Source of the DNA: a virus
Strand: one strand, 5' to 3'
IMG/VR virus record: IMGVR_UViG_3300045988_054691
Span: 1 to 42,628 of that record
Length of the DNA: 42,628 nucleotides
Of the stretch, positions 41,180 to 42,628 are shown piece by piece; positions within the stretch are counted from its first letter, which is position 1, and every line of letters begins with the position of its first letter. Below the pieces are notes generated by a model. The model ran no database searches and was not told the DNA's origin. It saw only the letters and a list, made by a program, of their open reading frames with translations. The position numbers and the translations under genes are program-made.

Positions 41180-42046
41180 ATGGCAACAAATTATTTAGAT
41201 ACAGGAGATACAGGACGTGCAGTTAGTGCAGAATCTGACGGTGCACTATTTGCCGGGATTTTTGGAAGTGCAAAATATGTATTAGAAAACGGCAGCCAGT
41301 TCAAGGCAGAGGTACAGTCCAATAACATTGTAAAAATCTCCGATGGTGATGCAGTCATGTACGGACGACACGTAAGGATCCCGGCGAATGATAGCGCACT
41401 GGTGACTATTAACAATGGACATTCTGGAACGAACAGGATTGATCTGATCGTGTTCCGGTACACAAAGGATAGCACCGGAAAAGAAACGGTTGATCTGGTT
41501 GTGATCCATGGAGAAGATTCTACCGGAACAGCTACAGCACCGACGGCGGTGGATGGAAATATACTGACCGGTGCAATGCAGTCAGACTTTCCTCTGTATA
41601 CCGTGGAACTGAATGGAATCAACATTGTAAAGGTGAATCCACTGTTCAATGTGATCGGTAATATCAGCAAGTTAAAAGAAGAGCTTACTGAATTAAATAG
41701 CAATTTAACCAAAACTAACACTGTTTTAGAGAACAGGAAACCAATAATCGTTGATTCAACTGCGCAAGGAACAGTAAATTTGGATACCAATAGCTTTTTG
41801 AAAGTTGGCATTACATATGCCTTTATCGTTACAGTTTCCTCCAATATCAGCAGTGAAAGCTATAAACAGGAAATCAATTGTGCATTAAACAATGTAAATA
41901 TGGGAAATAACGGAAACTATTACAGACTTACCTCTACATTTGCAGGTAAATGCACTAAAGGCGATAAGATTCAAATTACATCATATAAAAATGGTGGATC
42001 TTGGAACGGTTTTGCGACAAGAGCTATTTTTATACCAGTTAGCTAA
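41180..42046 (+). CDS. tail / baseplate fibre-like structural protein
   Basis: 288 aa and beta-rich, following the Tal-position gene. A coiled-coil segment (NISKLKEELTELNSNLTKTNTVLE) separates two globular parts. Confidence 0.5.
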   Translation: MATNYLDTGDTGRAVSAESDGALFAGIFGSAKYVLENGSQFKAEVQSNNIVKISDGDAVMYGRHVRIPANDSALVTINNGHSGTNRIDLIVFRYTKDSTGKETVDLVVIHGEDSTGTATAPTAVDGNILTGAMQSDFPLYTVELNGINIVKVNPLFNVIGNISKLKEELTELNSNLTKTNTVLENRKPIIVDSTAQGTVNLDTNSFLKVGITYAFIVTVSSNISSESYKQEINCALNNVNMGNNGNYYRLTSTFAGKCTKGDKIQITSYKNGGSWNGFATRAIFIPVS

Positions 42047-42071
42047 AATAAGTAAATAAACTTATTTATTT

Positions 42072-42100
42072 ACACTCGGCATTAGTCGGGTGTTTTTGTT
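42072..42100 (+). terminator. hairpin plus T-run
   Basis: ACACTCGG pairs with TCGGGTGT (8 bp including two G-U pairs), followed by TTTTT. Confidence 0.45.
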
Positions 42101-42163
42101 ATGCGCTTTTATATATGTAACTTTATCAATCCCTCTAAAAAGAAGAAAGGGGCAAACAGAAAA

Positions 42164-42535
42164 ATGAAAATCACATTCAATGATGGTCAGGAACTGCAGA
42201 TCCAGCAGGTCACTGAGCAGACGGATGGCGCACTTCTGATCAAGACCATTTCAGCACACGAGGATCAGCTGAAGATTTTATTCTCTGATCCGACCACAAC
42301 TAAGAGAATGTCTGTGAGCGAGCGGGATGCAGATACCGTTGTGTATGAAAATTACACGAAGCTTGATGCAATCGTGAAGTACACAGCCGGCATCCTTGGT
42401 GTGCTGATGTACCGGGAAGGAGAAGATCCGGACAGCCGGATAGCAGCTATGGAGACACGACTTAAAAAAGCGGAGGAGAAAAATGAAATGCTCGAAGGAT
42501 GCATTTTGGAAATGTCTGAAATGGTATATCAGTAA
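42164..42535 (+). CDS. hypothetical tail-module protein (123 aa)
   Basis: I chose the ATG at 42164 with AAAGGGG upstream. The C-terminal helix ..KKAEEKNEMLEGCILEMSEMVYQ resembles the C-terminus of ORF 4789..5055. The next gene across the circular junction is the tiny paralog at 49..186. Confidence 0.55.
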   Translation: MKITFNDGQELQIQQVTEQTDGALLIKTISAHEDQLKILFSDPTTTKRMSVSERDADTVVYENYTKLDAIVKYTAGILGVLMYREGEDPDSRIAAMETRLKKAEEKNEMLEGCILEMSEMVYQ

Positions 42536-42551
42536 AACGATAATTGTATTA

Positions 42552-42628
42552 ACCATTTTATTTTTATTCATATTATTACAAATTTCAGGAGGAAAAGAAA
42601 TGATGGCAATGTTATGGGCACAGCAGAT
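42552..42628. repeat. terminal overlap identical to 1..77
   Basis: Identical copy of the first 77 nt, including the RBS and the first 29 nt of the small gene at 49..186. Confidence 0.9.

Noticed and set aside
39388-42046. A second DGR target (remote VR) in the other tail and baseplate genes
   Set aside because: I looked for TR-like strings (for example TTCTATTGG, AATGC.GGC.GTTTC) in the 3' ends of 39388..40218, 40218..41177 and 41180..42046 and saw none by eye. A computed TR-versus-genome alignment would be needed to exclude this fully.

Overview
The window is a complete, circularly closed genome of a temperate siphovirus-like phage or prophage. The first 77 nt are identical to the last 77 nt, so the unique length is 42,551 bp. 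The host is probably a Clostridia-type Firmicute, judged from the ChW cell-wall-binding repeats in the endolysin.

Gene order, starting from the window origin:
- tail-fibre accessory genes and a diversity-generating retroelement (DGR), 49-5356
- holin and endolysin, 5460-7444
- attP-like region and a tyrosine integrase on the minus strand, 7580-9201
- lysogeny switch, with a CI-like repressor and divergent consensus promoters, 9534-11214
- early and replication module, 11.6-25 kb: antirepressor, HTH proteins, hexapeptide-repeat protein, SNF2 helicase, VRR-NUC, HD hydrolase, Sak4-like ATPase, DUF669, family-B-like polymerase, primase/SF3 helicase
- late regulator, then terminase, portal, MuF, scaffold, capsid, connector, tail, tape measure and baseplate genes, 25.3-42.5 kb

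The stand-out system is a compact DGR. It consists of an 806-aa tail-fibre gene whose C-terminal variable repeat (VR, 3068-3180) matches a template repeat (TR, 3339-3451) 88 bp past its stop codon, followed by a DGR-type reverse transcriptase (3662-4792). The two repeats differ at 22 positions, and every one is an adenine in the TR. No Avd-like accessory gene is recognisable, and the TR is bracketed by a 12-bp long-range inverted repeat.

Other notable observations:
- two homologous iteron/AT-rich modules 15.6 kb apart that bracket the early region
- a roughly 400-nt structured leader after the early promoter
- a promoter followed by twin terminators ahead of the late operon
- a 13-unit 18-bp tandem repeat encoding a hexapeptide-repeat protein
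- a MuF head protein with a C-terminal extension of unknown function
- a vestigial cell-wall-binding domain behind the endolysin stop
- a -1 frameshift site in the tail chaperone gene

I saw no tRNA, rRNA or CRISPR array. All homology statements come from reading the translations, not from database searches.
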